Part shown: positions 51,726 to 62,997 of the stretch, in pieces
Numbering within the stretch: the first letter of the stretch is position 1
Layout: the number at the start of each line of letters is the position of its first letter
From: Candidatus Bathyarchaeota archaeon
GTDB lineage: Archaea > Thermoproteota > Bathyarchaeia > Bathyarchaeales > Bathyarchaeaceae
Assembly (NCBI GenBank): GCA_963697165.1
Contig: CAVOMX010000017.1
Span: 1-64,000, forward strand
Direction of reading: 5' to 3'
DNA length: 64,000 nt
The notes under the pieces: generated by a model
Told to the model about the DNA's origin: nothing
Databases searched by the model: none
Seen by the model: only the letters and a program-made list of their open reading frames with translations
Program-made: the position numbers and the translations under genes

Positions 51726-52957
51726 TTGGCTGACAATGATGTTGAAGCGGAAGAAACAAAACAGGGTAGAATAGAGTTCAGTTTTCCTATTGTTGACTGT
51801 GCGTACACGGATGTTTAGTAGAATTTTTGATCGACTTGGTTCTCTTCGAGCATCACGTTTGCTTTCGTGGGTTGCGCTTGTCATTGTGCCTGTTGTGGCT
51901 GGAATTGGGTTTTATCTTGTTAGCACTAGCTTATTTACGCTGTTGTGGACTCCTCTTGCTCGTGATGTTAACACGCGAACTGGGTCCATTGGCTTATCTT
52001 TTGTTGCCTGGCATTAATCCAATTTTCCCCCTATTTTATGGGTGGCTGGCAATAGTCTGTGCGATTGTAGTTCATGAAGGCGCACATGGAATTATAGCAA
52101 GAAACCGTGGATTTAACGTTAAGTCAAGCGGTCTCCTTTTCTTTCTCATAATTCCTATTGGCGCCTTTGTAGATGTTGATGAAGATCAGATAGCGAAAGC
52201 AAAACCTAAAGATTCTTTGAGGGTTATGGCTGCGGGGGTTGCAGGAAATGTTGTTGTAGCCATAGTATGCATTCTCGCTGTTCTACTCATTGTTAATGGG
52301 TTAACTCCCGTGATTGATGGTGTATATATTTCGGATGTTACAGAAGGCATGCCTGCTGAAGCGTCAGGATTGTTGCCTGAGGATATTTTTGTTTCAGTAG
52401 ATAACGTGACGATTGACAGTTATAATACTTTGAATGCATCCTTTGCGATTAAGAGTCCGGGAGATATTGTTCAGGTAACTGTGGCTAGGGGAGAAAATTG
52501 GAGGGAACTGTTTTCCACATATGTGAATTTAACTGAATCTGAAGGACGGGCAGTCATGGGAGTCACTTTAGGCGATTTAATGACTGAAGAGCGGTTAACC
52601 TTCTATAAGACTTTGAGTCTCGAAACGGTTACCATATACATGGTTCCTCCATCTTTAGCTCCCGGTATAGTACCTTTCTCCGATTCCTTGATTCCATTCT
52701 ACACACATTCCTTAGGGTCACAATGGCACGTATATGCAAACATTTTCTTTTGGCTCTGGTTCGTGAACGTTAATGTTGCAGTGTTCAATGCTTTGCCTAT
52801 TATTCCAATGGATGGAGGACGAATGTTCAACATTTCCTTGAAGAGCATTCTGGGTCGAAGAGCAAGCGAAAAGACAATCTCTCGAATAACCTACGCTGTA
52901 ACAGCTGCTTTAGTTTGTGTATTACTGATGATGTACGTGATTCCATTCATCATGTAA
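51726..52957 (+). CDS. M50 site-2 protease with PDZ domain (two +1 frameshifts, ~51789 and ~51970)
   Basis: Contains HEGAH, GAFV, AAGVAGN, a PDZ segment and NALPIIPMDGG; the N-terminus is rebuilt across three frames. Confidence 0.85.
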
Positions 52958-53020
52958 AATGATAGAGTAAACTTAACCAACCTGCTAATTAGGTCGATTA
53001 GCCCTCATCTTCTAGCGTAG

Positions 53021-53977
53021 TTGAAGCTGGTGAACAACATGGCTTCTCATGTAGAAAGCGGCTCTCTTTTGGCTGAATCAGCAACTAACTCAAGTGCTGA
53101 AGAGTTTCTCAGGCTTACCATGCAGATTAGCAAGAGATTGGCTAATGAAGACGGGCTGGTTAGAACGCTAAAGATAACAGGTAGGCTTGTTGAAGCGCCA
53201 CCAGTTGGAGAAGCAATCATAGTGGGTGACTTGCATGGAGACCTAAAAAGCCTCGTGTACATACTGGAACAGAGCAAATTTCTGGCTAAAATAAAGAAGG
53301 GCAAGGATGTTTTGCTAATTTTTCTTGGAGACTACGGAGATCGAGGAGTCCAATCTCCTGAGGTCTATTATGTCGTATTGAAGCTAAAGAAAATTTTTTC
53401 TGAGCACGTTATCTTGATGCGAGGTAACCACGAAGGACCCCCAGACCTCACCGCTTTGCCTCACGACCTACCAAATCACCTAGAAAACAGATTCGGCAAC
53501 AAAGGCACAGAAGCTTACTTGAAACTCCGAGAACTCTTCAATTATCTCTACACGGGAGTTATCATACCCGACAGGTACGTTTTACTTCACGGCGGAGCTC
53601 CAAGCAAAGCCACCAGCATCAACGACATAGCATACGCCCACAAAAAGCATCCACGAGAAACACATCTTGAAGAAATCCTTTGGAATGACCCATGTACGGG
53701 AATAAAAGGAACAATCGCTTCACCCAGAGGCGCTGGCAAACTATTCGGTGAAAACATCACAAACAAGCTGCTAGCAATGCTTAACGTCAAAGCATTGATT
53801 CGGGGACACCAATCCTCCCCAGATGGATACCAAAGCAACCACGGTGGACGAGTATTAACCCTGTTCTCGAGAAAAGGCACCCCATACAACAATAGATTCG
53901 CAGCCTACCTGCAACTTGACATCTCCCAAAAAGTGAAAACCCCAAAACAGCTTCTGCAGAGCATCCACAAATTCTAG
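53021..53977 (+). CDS. PPP-family Ser/Thr protein phosphatase (metallophosphoesterase)
   Basis: Contains GDLHG, GDYGDRG, RGNHE, HGG, LWND and RGHQ. Confidence 0.9.
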   Translation: MKLVNNMASHVESGSLLAESATNSSAEEFLRLTMQISKRLANEDGLVRTLKITGRLVEAPPVGEAIIVGDLHGDLKSLVYILEQSKFLAKIKKGKDVLLIFLGDYGDRGVQSPEVYYVVLKLKKIFSEHVILMRGNHEGPPDLTALPHDLPNHLENRFGNKGTEAYLKLRELFNYLYTGVIIPDRYVLLHGGAPSKATSINDIAYAHKKHPRETHLEEILWNDPCTGIKGTIASPRGAGKLFGENITNKLLAMLNVKALIRGHQSSPDGYQSNHGGRVLTLFSRKGTPYNNRFAAYLQLDISQKVKTPKQLLQSIHKF

Positions 53978-54145
53978 ACCCAACCCAATCATATTATGAG
54001 ACTAATAGCAGTTGATTGTTGAAAACAGCCTTTTTTCAGGAAAACCACTCACAGCAACAAAAAAGCTGTCTTTAGTAAAGAAAACATTTTGTACAGCATT
54101 ACTATAATCTGTCAGAGTAAGGTTTGATGCATGAAGGGATAAAAC

Positions 54146-55026
54146 TTGAAAATGGGAATCATGACCAGAGACCAAAAAGGCTGGTGTTCCACACAGCTAC
54201 GGAAAGCAATGGAAAAACAAAACATAACCCCAATCTGTTTCGGTTACCGCCCAATAATAGGACGCGTAAACTACACCCCTGAAGCTTCAGTAAACAAAAT
54301 TAATCTTTCCAAAGACATAGATGCAATGATTACCCGTCCCATTGGACGGGGCTCCCTTGAAGAAATCATCTTCAGAATGAACCTTCTCCATAGACTAGAA
54401 CGACTAGGACTACTAATCATCAATCCACCACATAGCCATCGAACGATCAGTAGACAAATACTGCTCACTAACAATCTTACACGAAAACGGCTTACCTGTC
54501 CCACGCACAGCCGTAACAGAAAGCCACGACGAAGCACTAGAATGCTTCCACGAACTAGGTGGAGACGTCGTAGTAAAACCCCTCTTCGGATCAAGAGGAA
54601 TAGGCGCTACCAGAATCAACGACCCCGACATCGCAGCAAGAGTCTTCAGAACAATATCATTCTACCACGGCGTCCTCTACCTGCAAGAATTCATTCCTCA
54701 CGGAGGCTCAGACATCCGCGCTTTCGTAATAGGTAGACCGAGTCATAGCCTCCATGCGCCGAGTATCAGAAAACTGGAAAACCAACGTGAGCCTCGGAGC
54801 AAAACCTGTACCCTTAAATCTGCCCAAAGAACTGGAAAACCTTGCAGTTAAAGCAGCCAAACTCATAGGCTGCAAAATTACGGGCGTAGACATCATCGAA
54901 GGACCAAACGGACCCGTAATTATAGAATTAAACAGCCAACCAGGATGGAGAGGACTTCAGTCGGTTACAAAAATAAACATTGCCGACGAAATCATCAACT
55001 ACATCCTCTCTGAACTCAAATCATAG
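54146..55026 (+). CDS. RimK-family ATP-grasp alpha-L-glutamate ligase (MptN/CofF-like), two +1 frameshifts
   Basis: Rebuilt motifs: AIERSVDKY, VVVKPLFGSRG, YLQEF, DIRAFVIG, WKTNVSLG and ELNSQPGW. Junctions are at ~54432 and ~54745. Confidence 0.85.
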
Positions 55027-55041
55027 GAGAAAAAAGATGGT

Positions 55042-55848
55042 ATGCGGGAGATACAAGTTTCCCGAGTAAACGTTTCAGACCAGACTGTCGAACAACGGAC
55101 AGACTACGTAGCAGAAGAGACAGCCCTACATATATTCCTCAACAAACACCACTACGGAACAATCCTCTGTTCCCCTAACCAACTAAAAGAAATGGTGATT
55201 GGACATCTTCTCTCGGAAGGACTCCTGCAATCAACAAGCGAAATAGAAGATTTACAACTAAAAAAAGACGGAAAATGCCTACTAACACTCAAACCAAACA
55301 TAGACGTAGAGACACGAATCTCAACATCACAACGCTTCTCACGCCTAATAGTTTCCGCCTGTGGCTCCCCAGACTATCGACCTCTCTCCGAAGTCATCGA
55401 CAACCTCCCAAAACTGAAATGACTCCAACAGTAGACGCAGAAGTCATTTCACAGTCAGTAAAAAGCCTAAACACTATTGCTGAGAACTTCAGAAAAACAG
55501 GCGGAGTTCATGTTGCAGCACTCTATACCAAAGATGGAAAACTGGAGGCTCTGGCTGAAGATGTGGGACGCCACAACGCCGTCGACAAAGTCATCGGCTC
55601 AGGAGCAATAAAAAACATTGACTTCAAAAACATTTTTCTCGCCTTAAGCGGGCGTCTCACCGGAGACATAGTTTTGAAAGCTGCACGAATGAAAATTCCA
55701 ATTATCGCTTCATTGTCAGCCGCAATCAGTTCTGGCTTAGAAGCAGCACAACTAACAAGATGTTACCCTAATCGGTTTCGTCAGAGGCAAACGAATGAAC
55801 GTTTACACAAGTCCAGAACGAATAATCTTTGGCTCCCGTAAAGTTTAA
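55042..55848 (+). CDS. fdhD: Formate dehydrogenase accessory sulfurtransferase, two frameshifts
   Basis: Contains SACG, TGGVH.AA, EDVGRHNAVDK, SGR and TLIGFVRG. Confidence 0.88.
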
Positions 55849-55879
55849 CAACAAACAACTTTGACAAACGTGATCAACG

Positions 55880-56514
55880 ATGACTGAAACAGACAAAAAC
55901 AAGTTCGATTTTCTAAAAGATCAAGCTCTGGAGCTTGGCGCAACCGAAGCAAAAGTAATTCCAGCAAATGAAATAGTTGTCGAGAACCGAGTTGTACTCA
56001 AATGCAAAATAGGATGCAACAATTTCGGAAAAACGTTAATGTGCCCACCTTACGCGCCCAGCGTTGACAGATTTTCGGAAAACCCTAAGTGAATACAGTT
56101 ATGCTCTTGTTCTAAAATTCAAGAGTCAAGCAGAAGCAACACCAGAAGTTGCTACGTTGTTGTCCATGGATGAAAATGATTCATCATTAACCGAGAAAAT
56201 GAAAGAGAAAATACGGGCATTCTGGGACGTCTTGGAACAATGACCGAAAAGAAGTACTCAAGAAACTTTGTGTACTCGAAAAGGCAGCCATGAATAAAGG
56301 GTACACCTTTGCATTAGCTTTCACTACAGGCTCTTGCGTAATATGCGACAAATGCAATGTTGAACAAAAAGTTTGTATTCGTCCTACAAAAGCGCGCTGC
56401 TCAGCTCAAGCTGTGGGAATCAATATCCTGCAAACTCTAGAAAACGCTGGTATGCCAATGCCTTATCCATTCAAGAAGTCTCCCGAGTCCTTCGGTTTAA
56501 TGTTAATCGCCTAA
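55880..56514 (+). CDS. DUF2284 metal-binding protein, two +1 frameshifts
   Basis: Contains KCKIGC...CPP and GSCVICDKC...R.S..A.GI. Confidence 0.8.
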
Positions 56515-57299
56515 ACCCACAATCTCTATTCTCTACTTTGCTACTTTTCAGAAGAAAACCAAATCTAACTACTAACACAACATAATTCGTAATACATTAT
56601 TTTCAGAACTCCAATTTTGTCGTTTCCACTCTGAAACATCTGTTTAGGTTTGATTCTTGCGATTATTTTCGAACCTTATATATGAGTCTAAATTATTAAC
56701 TTGCAACCCACTGCTCTAAACTGAGTACTCTTTTCTTCGCCATTTTAGCTTTTAATATTGCACCTAGCATTAGATTTGCGCTTCTGTAATATGTCCTAAA
56801 ACCGCTAAAAACTACTACATACGAACTAATTTCGTTTAAGAACAAACTCTGCATCCAAAACAGATTAGATGTCACCTCGAATTAGCATCAAACGAGATCA
56901 GAAATCAGCTTCTTCTTCGCCGTCTCATCTTCAAATTCGTGTTTGAATCCTCTTTTCATAACGCTTCTTGACTGTTTTGTCTCTTTGGGTGCCAGAGTTT
57001 TGAACAGGCTCTCTTTTGCAACTATTTTTTCTTTGTTTTTGGTGCGAAATTATGCGAAAGCGAACAATATTTACTTTTAAAAAGCAATTCCCATCTATAA
57101 TAATCGTCTATTTTACAGTTTTTATGATGTAAACCATGTTTATCTTGGTTTTCCTCGTTTAGTTAGACTCGAAAAAGCCGATGATGGAAACGAAATCAGA
57201 CGAAACATGTGAACCGAAAGTAGCCACGCCTAGTATAGTTATGTACCCGAAAAATGAGATTTGAATGGATAGGAAAAGAATAATAAGTTAAAAATTTAT

Positions 57300-57929
57300 T
57301 TGTTGGACGCGATTGTCTTGCAAAGATCGGCGATTATTCTCGCGGGTGGCTTCTCTAGAAGGTTTGGCAGCGATAAAGGACTAGTTGTATTGGCTAATAA
57401 GCCCCTTGTTGTTCATGTGATTGACCGCATATCCCCTGTAGTTGACGAAGTTCTCTTGGTAGTCAGCTCTGAAGCTCAGAAACAGAGTTTTGAGCCTATC
57501 TTGGAAAACAAAGCAAAACTGATCATTGACAAAGACGATTCCCAGAGCCCCCTTATTGGAGCCATAACAGGATTCGAAACCGCAAAGGGGGAATACTCAG
57601 TGCTTCTACCATGTGACACCCCCTTAATTTCAACCAAAATAGTTCAGTTTTTTCTAGATTTGTGCACCAACAGAAGCGCTGTTATTCCCAGATGGCCAAG
57701 CGGATATATTGAACCTCTGCAAGCAGTTTATCACACAAAATCAGCCTTAACTGCAGCGAAAAACGCGCTAGCCGAGGGAAACATGAACATGCAGTCAATG
57801 ATTGATGATCTAATGGGAGTACGCTATGTTTCCACAATGGTTTTGGAGCAAATGGAACCTGAGCTTGTGACCTTTTTTAACGTCAATACTCCTCAGGATC
57901 TACAGAAAGCTGCCGCAATTCTGAACTAA
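57300..57929 (+). CDS. mobA: Molybdenum cofactor guanylyltransferase
   Basis: Contains ILAGG.SRRFG.DK, PCDTP, EPL.AVY and FNVNTP.DL. Confidence 0.92.
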   Translation: MLDAIVLQRSAIILAGGFSRRFGSDKGLVVLANKPLVVHVIDRISPVVDEVLLVVSSEAQKQSFEPILENKAKLIIDKDDSQSPLIGAITGFETAKGEYSVLLPCDTPLISTKIVQFFLDLCTNRSAVIPRWPSGYIEPLQAVYHTKSALTAAKNALAEGNMNMQSMIDDLMGVRYVSTMVLEQMEPELVTFFNVNTPQDLQKAAAILN

Positions 57930-58193
57930 ATCATTATATTGGATGTTAGTTCTAATGTTGTGTCTTGACATAAAAATTGCTTTTTGAGAAAAACTCACCT
58001 GTTGATTTTTAACTTTTTTGTTTATATACGATCAACGGCTTCAACTAATTAATTTTCTTTTAAAAAAATTTTGACTCCAAAAGAGTGAAAAACAATGTTA
58101 TGACACTACATAATTGGCACTTACTTGCAGCGGAAGCGTGTGTGAATAGACGAAGAATATTAAACCTTCGATATTGAATTCAGTAAAGAGGCA

Positions 58194-58958
58194 TTGTTAT
58201 TGAATAAAGTCGATGTATTCGCAGTAACTGGTTTGCCTATTGTAAAAGAAGGAGATGATCTTGCCCTACTGATTTGTCAAGCCGCTGAAAAGCAGGGAAC
58301 TCCGATCCAAAATGGTGACGTAATAGTAGTCACTCACGTTGTAGTTTCTAGAGTTGAAGGAAATGTTGTAGACCTCGAAACAGTAACCCCCTCCGAATTT
58401 GCAAAAACAGTAGCTAAAACAACACACAAAGACCCCAAACTCGTTGAAGTTATTCTCAGAGAATCTAAAAGCATCGTACGTATGAGTAACGGAAAACTCA
58501 TCACAGAAAGCAAACAAGGGTTGGTTTGCGCTAACTCAGGGATTGATCAGTCTAACGTTCCCGGAAAAACAGTTGTAGCGCCTTTGCCTAAAGATTCTGA
58601 TAATTCAGCACGAACGATACGAAAAAATGTGCTGAATATTTCTGGAAAAGACGTGGCCGTCATTGTATCGGACACGCATGGACGTCCACTTCGTCAGGGT
58701 GAAATCAACATAGCTTTAGGCACTTCCGGATTCGAGCCACTACGAGATCGAAGAGGCGAAAAAGACCTTTTCGGGTACACAATTAGAATCAAAAGAACCG
58801 CTATCGCTGACGAGTTAGCTTCAGCCGCTGAATTGGTTATAGGACAAACAAATGAAGGCATTCCAGTAGCCATAATTCGTGGATATCTATACCCGAAATC
58901 TGAAACCGCAAACGCAAAGAAAATGATACGTCCTCCGGAAGAAGATTTGTTTATCTAA
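58194..58958 (+). CDS. cofE: Coenzyme F420-0:L-glutamate ligase
   Basis: Contains P.VKEGDDL, VCANSGIDQSN, DTHGRPLR.G, DLFG and ADELASAA. Confidence 0.93.
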   Translation: MLLNKVDVFAVTGLPIVKEGDDLALLICQAAEKQGTPIQNGDVIVVTHVVVSRVEGNVVDLETVTPSEFAKTVAKTTHKDPKLVEVILRESKSIVRMSNGKLITESKQGLVCANSGIDQSNVPGKTVVAPLPKDSDNSARTIRKNVLNISGKDVAVIVSDTHGRPLRQGEINIALGTSGFEPLRDRRGEKDLFGYTIRIKRTAIADELASAAELVIGQTNEGIPVAIIRGYLYPKSETANAKKMIRPPEEDLFI

Positions 58959-58983
58959 AACATTTTTTGGAACAAACAAGCAA

Positions 58984-59706
58984 ATGACCACCAAAACAGA
59001 CGTCCTGATATCCATACTAAAAAATACAAACAGTGGTCCCGCTGTAAAAGAAATTATTGCCCAAGAAGCCAACATTCCGGTTCACATTACAAATGGCATT
59101 CTGAATGAGCTTCGTGAAATTGGACTTATCGAATGTGAAAACGAACTAATCGAAGTATCTTCGAACCAACGAGTCAAACTTGCCATTCACGCAATCAACC
59201 AAGGAACTGATATTGAAAGAGTCTGCGAAGTTCTTGAATGGATAGAGTTTGAAAATTTTGCAGCCACAGCCTTTGAAAAAAACAACTTCAATGTTAAACG
59301 ACGATTCCGATTCAAAGCAGCACAAAGAAGATGGGAAATCGATGTCCTCGCGTATAGTGAACCAATTGTTGTTTGCGTAGATTGCAAACGTTGGCGGCGT
59401 GGTTGGGGAAATTCAGCAATAACAAGAGTTGCTGCAGCACAGGCACAAAGAACTGAAGTGTTAGCAAAGAATCTTCAGGATATTCAACGAAAAATAGGTT
59501 TGGCTGATTGGAAACAAGCAACTCTTTTTCCCGCAATCTTGTCGCTGTTTCCGGGTCCAGTAAAAGTCTACAACAAAGTGCCTGTTGTTCCTATTTTGCA
59601 GCTTCAAAACTTCGTGGATGAGTTCCAAGGACACATTACGGAATTAGCCCACTTTAGGGCGACTTTAGGAGCCAAACTATCTTATTACCTCGACAGGGAT
59701 CAATGA
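58984..59706 (+). CDS. wHTH plus PD-(D/E)XK nuclease-like protein
   Basis: Contains W.EFE...EIDVLA...VDCKRW. Confidence 0.7.
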   Translation: MTTKTDVLISILKNTNSGPAVKEIIAQEANIPVHITNGILNELREIGLIECENELIEVSSNQRVKLAIHAINQGTDIERVCEVLEWIEFENFAATAFEKNNFNVKRRFRFKAAQRRWEIDVLAYSEPIVVCVDCKRWRRGWGNSAITRVAAAQAQRTEVLAKNLQDIQRKIGLADWKQATLFPAILSLFPGPVKVYNKVPVVPILQLQNFVDEFQGHITELAHFRATLGAKLSYYLDRDQ

Positions 59707-59944
59707 TGCAAGAGTATTTATTCTCTGAATGGCTCGTTGTCATATATTTTTATCTATGTCGGTACGATTTTTTTGATAAAATAATGATGTCTTAATTATT
59801 TTTAGGCAATATTTTGTATCTCTGATGGCACAGTTAATAATTGTGTTTTTTTGTCTAAACGGTTGTGTATTAGTTTTACTGGACGGTCAACAATGATTCA
59901 AAAACAGTTTTCTTTAATGCCCTAATTTTCTCAAAGATACTTAC

Positions 59945-60415
59945 TAGACCTGTTTCTGTGCAAGTTTCCGATAGGGTTCGTTTGCGAGAAGAAGGAGATC
60001 ATTAGCTAAAGCTCGAGCAAATGTAACTCTGGCGTTACCCTCCACTTAGTTGAACAGATAAGTATTGATTCAATGCTCCAAACAAATCAGCTTGAGCAGC
60101 TTTTCTGAGCGGTCTTTTTGTTTTTTCTCTTTTCCAACCAAGCTAACTCTATAACAAAGACGATGTTTTTGACTGCTGTTAATGTCGAAATTGGGTTGTA
60201 GGATTGAAAAACAAATCCGATGTACGTTAAGCGGAACGTTCCCAAAAAGTTTTCGTTATATGTTCAAAGGTCAAAGTAAAAAACAACAATCTGTACACTT
60301 GTTGGTTTATCCAAGGCCCCCATCAGATTAAGAAGAGTTGTCTTTCCTAGGCCAGAACGACCATTTACAAAAATGAATTCGCTGATTCAACCGTAAGGTC
60401 TAAGTTCTTTACGGG
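59945..60415 (-). pseudogene. Decayed LolD/MacB-type ABC ATPase
   Basis: Minus-strand fragments read VKNLDLTVES/EFIFVNGRSGLGKTTLLNLMGALDKPTS, IGFVFQSYN..STLTA..NI and RV.FARALAND..LLANEP, with several stops and frameshifts. Confidence 0.8.
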
Positions 60416-60963
60416 TTCAATAACCACTGCATCAATTCGAATTGCATTAACAAAGCAAAAACTACAACAACTTTCTATCTCATCATCTGTCGGCGTGTTT
60501 GGATCTGAAATGGTGAATGTCCAATGAGGTTACACTTCCGTTTACCTTCACATAACAAGTGATTGTTTAGGCTTTGAAAGCATTGTAAACCCTCATTTAA
60601 TGAGGGGCTATGTTTGCTGATCGCTTCGACTGATAAAATGATATTTAAGTGAAAAATGTGAAGAATCGCTGGAAATTGTTGATGCTTTTGTATCCACACG
60701 TTGCTAAGGAATATTTCTTAAGTATCCCAAAGATGCTTTGAAGTGATATGTCCTGATTTTTGCTTTAAATTATGGGTGAACACTCACATGTTTTAGGTTA
60801 CAAGGCCTACCCTTTTTGTGTAAAAAACATGAGTGTTTATTGTTGGCTCTGGAACATTTCAACGTTTTTGGAAGTGATACATATGGCGTGATCTGTCGCT
60901 AATCACGCTAGTATTTGGGTTGACTCTATTGTTGTCTTTGACTTTTTTTCCTACAGCTTTGCT

Positions 60964-60991
60964 ATCTAACAGTTTGACGAAACTGTTACAT
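60964..60991. repeat. 11-6-11 inverted repeat ATCTAACAGTT-TGACGA-AACTGTTACAT
   Basis: Arms match at 10/11 positions; lies downstream of the recombinase. Confidence 0.75.
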
Positions 60992-61124
60992 CAACTTTGT
61001 TTTAACACTAAAATGTTTATTTAAGTTTTTTCCACTATGGATATTGACAATTTCGGATTCCAGAAAACTGATGCAAAAAAAGACCCAGTAAATTGATACC
61101 AAAAAGGGGCTTTCTTTGAATAAC

Positions 61125-61821
61125 TTAGAACCTTTTCTTCAGTAATTTGGGGAAGTATCTTCGCCAGTCCAAATGTGCATACCTGGACAAGGAAGACCCA
61201 ACACCAACCATGCTGCGTAGGGTCCAGCCGCCATAAACAGACAGATCAAAACCCGTGAAGCCGAAAGTCTCAATTAATTCTGTTGCTCGCAAGTGACGCA
61301 GAGCGTGAGTTCTAAACGGTTTATTGTGTGCCTTAACGGGTTTGGGTTTGGGGTCCTCCGGGTCGTACTGGCTATATTTTTCTATTGGATAACTCAGTCC
61401 AGAGAAAGTCTCCTTTGCGTAGTCCCAAGCCTTTTGTCTAGTGAACGGAAAGACTTTGTCGTTTCCCTGCTCCAGATAATAATTGTAAAGCTGTTCCGTC
61501 CATGGTTCAAACTTTTTTTCAAGGGGCAATGCAATCTTTCTTATTTTTCCGTCACGTTTCGCGGTTCTAACTGTGAAGATTGCGGCTTCGCTTTTGATGT
61601 CTCCAAGTTCAAAGGTCTCGAGTTTAACGTCTTGTCCAGTTGGACCGCGAGCCACTGTTTGATTGTGTGACTATATCGTAGCGGTTTGTTGTTCCAATTA
61701 TTTCTGAAGCCCTTGCACAAAAGAGGTAGGCGGCCATTAAGCAGAACTTTGCTTCTTTTTTTGTTGCTGTTTCTATTCTTTTTCGTACTGTTTCCACTTC
61801 AGGTAACGTCAGGTCATCCAT
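61125..61821 (-). CDS. Tyrosine recombinase, catalytic-domain-only (~230 aa; one +1 frameshift at ~61670)
   Basis: Catalytic set present: ARASE (R), TAK (K), HALRH (HxxR), GW and RY (Y). Confidence 0.85.
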
Positions 61822-61865
61822 CTTTGTTCGTCGCTCAAGGTGTTTATTGATGTTAGTCTATTTAA

Positions 61866-61893
61866 GATTGACAGTTGGCGAGAACTGTTAATC
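61866..61893. repeat. 11-6-11 inverted repeat GATTGACAGTT-GGCGAG-AACTGTTAATC
   Basis: Arms match at 10/11 positions; abuts the TATA-like TTAAATA upstream of the recombinase. Confidence 0.75.
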
Positions 61894-62088
61894 GAGTTAT
61901 TGGATAAATGAGGCTCCCGCGTCGATCCTTAGGGCACATAGTTAGCACTGGTGATGCAGATTTTAGTCCATAATACATGATTCACCAACATCACCAAATG
62001 GTCTAAAATTATTGTTCACAGGGGGCAAAAGTGGTTAGTTTTGTCTACGTTCTTCACTACATATAGCACCACTCTCAAAATCAAAGGC

Positions 62089-62821
62089 TCAAAAATCCGT
62101 TCTTTTGTGACACCAAGTCGAAGAAGCAGTAAAGCAAAAACGTTGGTGACACACAAAAGCGAGCAGATCAACAGGGTTACGGTAGTTATATGCTTTAATT
62201 TCTCTCAGTAACGTGGATACAAAAGCATCAACAAAACTCCCGCTAGGCACTGATGATTTCCGAAAAACCATAAGATAGTGATACTTGAGCTCATGTGCCT
62301 TCAAAACTGTTAAACCCTGCTTTTCAAAGAGACGACTCGTTTGTTCTTTAGAAACCCTGACGGATACAGGGGGTCCAAAGCCAGTTTTCTCTTTCTTGAA
62401 ATCAATTATAGCTACTTGTCCGTCTGGTTTGAGTACCCTTCGTATCTCGTTGATTATCTTCTCTGCGTCGTGGAATTCGTGAAGCGTGTTTACTGACAGC
62501 AGCAAGTCTACACTTTCGTTTTGGAGCGGAATCTCATTTTCTTTTGAGCGCAAGGTTTCAATGTTCAATATTTTTTGTGTTTGAATCTTCTCTTCAAGAA
62601 ACTCTAACATTTCCTTTTGAACATCAATGCCGTATACTTTCTTGACCTTACGAGAAATTGGAACCGTAAAGTATCCGCTTCCACAACCTAAGTCAGCCAC
62701 AACATAGGATGGCTTAAGCTCCAGCAATTCCCATTATTTCTTCGGGATTCTGCCAAGTCTTCCTATCTTCAGACTCTAAAGTATCGATGTGTTTCGGGTT
62801 AAAAACCTGCGATTCCTTCAT
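62089..62821 (-). CDS. Class I SAM-dependent methyltransferase (frameshift at ~62731; 3' end uncertain)
   Basis: ATG at 62821 gives MKESQVFNPKH...WQNPEEI, then ADLGCGSG, LHE, LKPDG and FGPP..R. Confidence 0.82.
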
Positions 62822-62997
62822 TTCTGGTTCCTCCTTTTCTTGACAAACGTTGAACACCCATCAACAATGATGTAAGTGGTTACATTTTAATTAACTGATT
62901 CTGGGCATAGGACACCCAATCCAACACGTGCTTTCTCTTCTCGTTTTCGAAAAGATAATATCTTTTTCTACTACGATTACTATTAGATGACTTCGAT

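Noticed and set aside
56515..57299. ncRNA (hammerhead or C/D box-like text near 57178) or hidden gene in the 780-bp gap
   Set aside because: The CTGATGA core and box D are not properly present, and I found only short frames without a convincing start.
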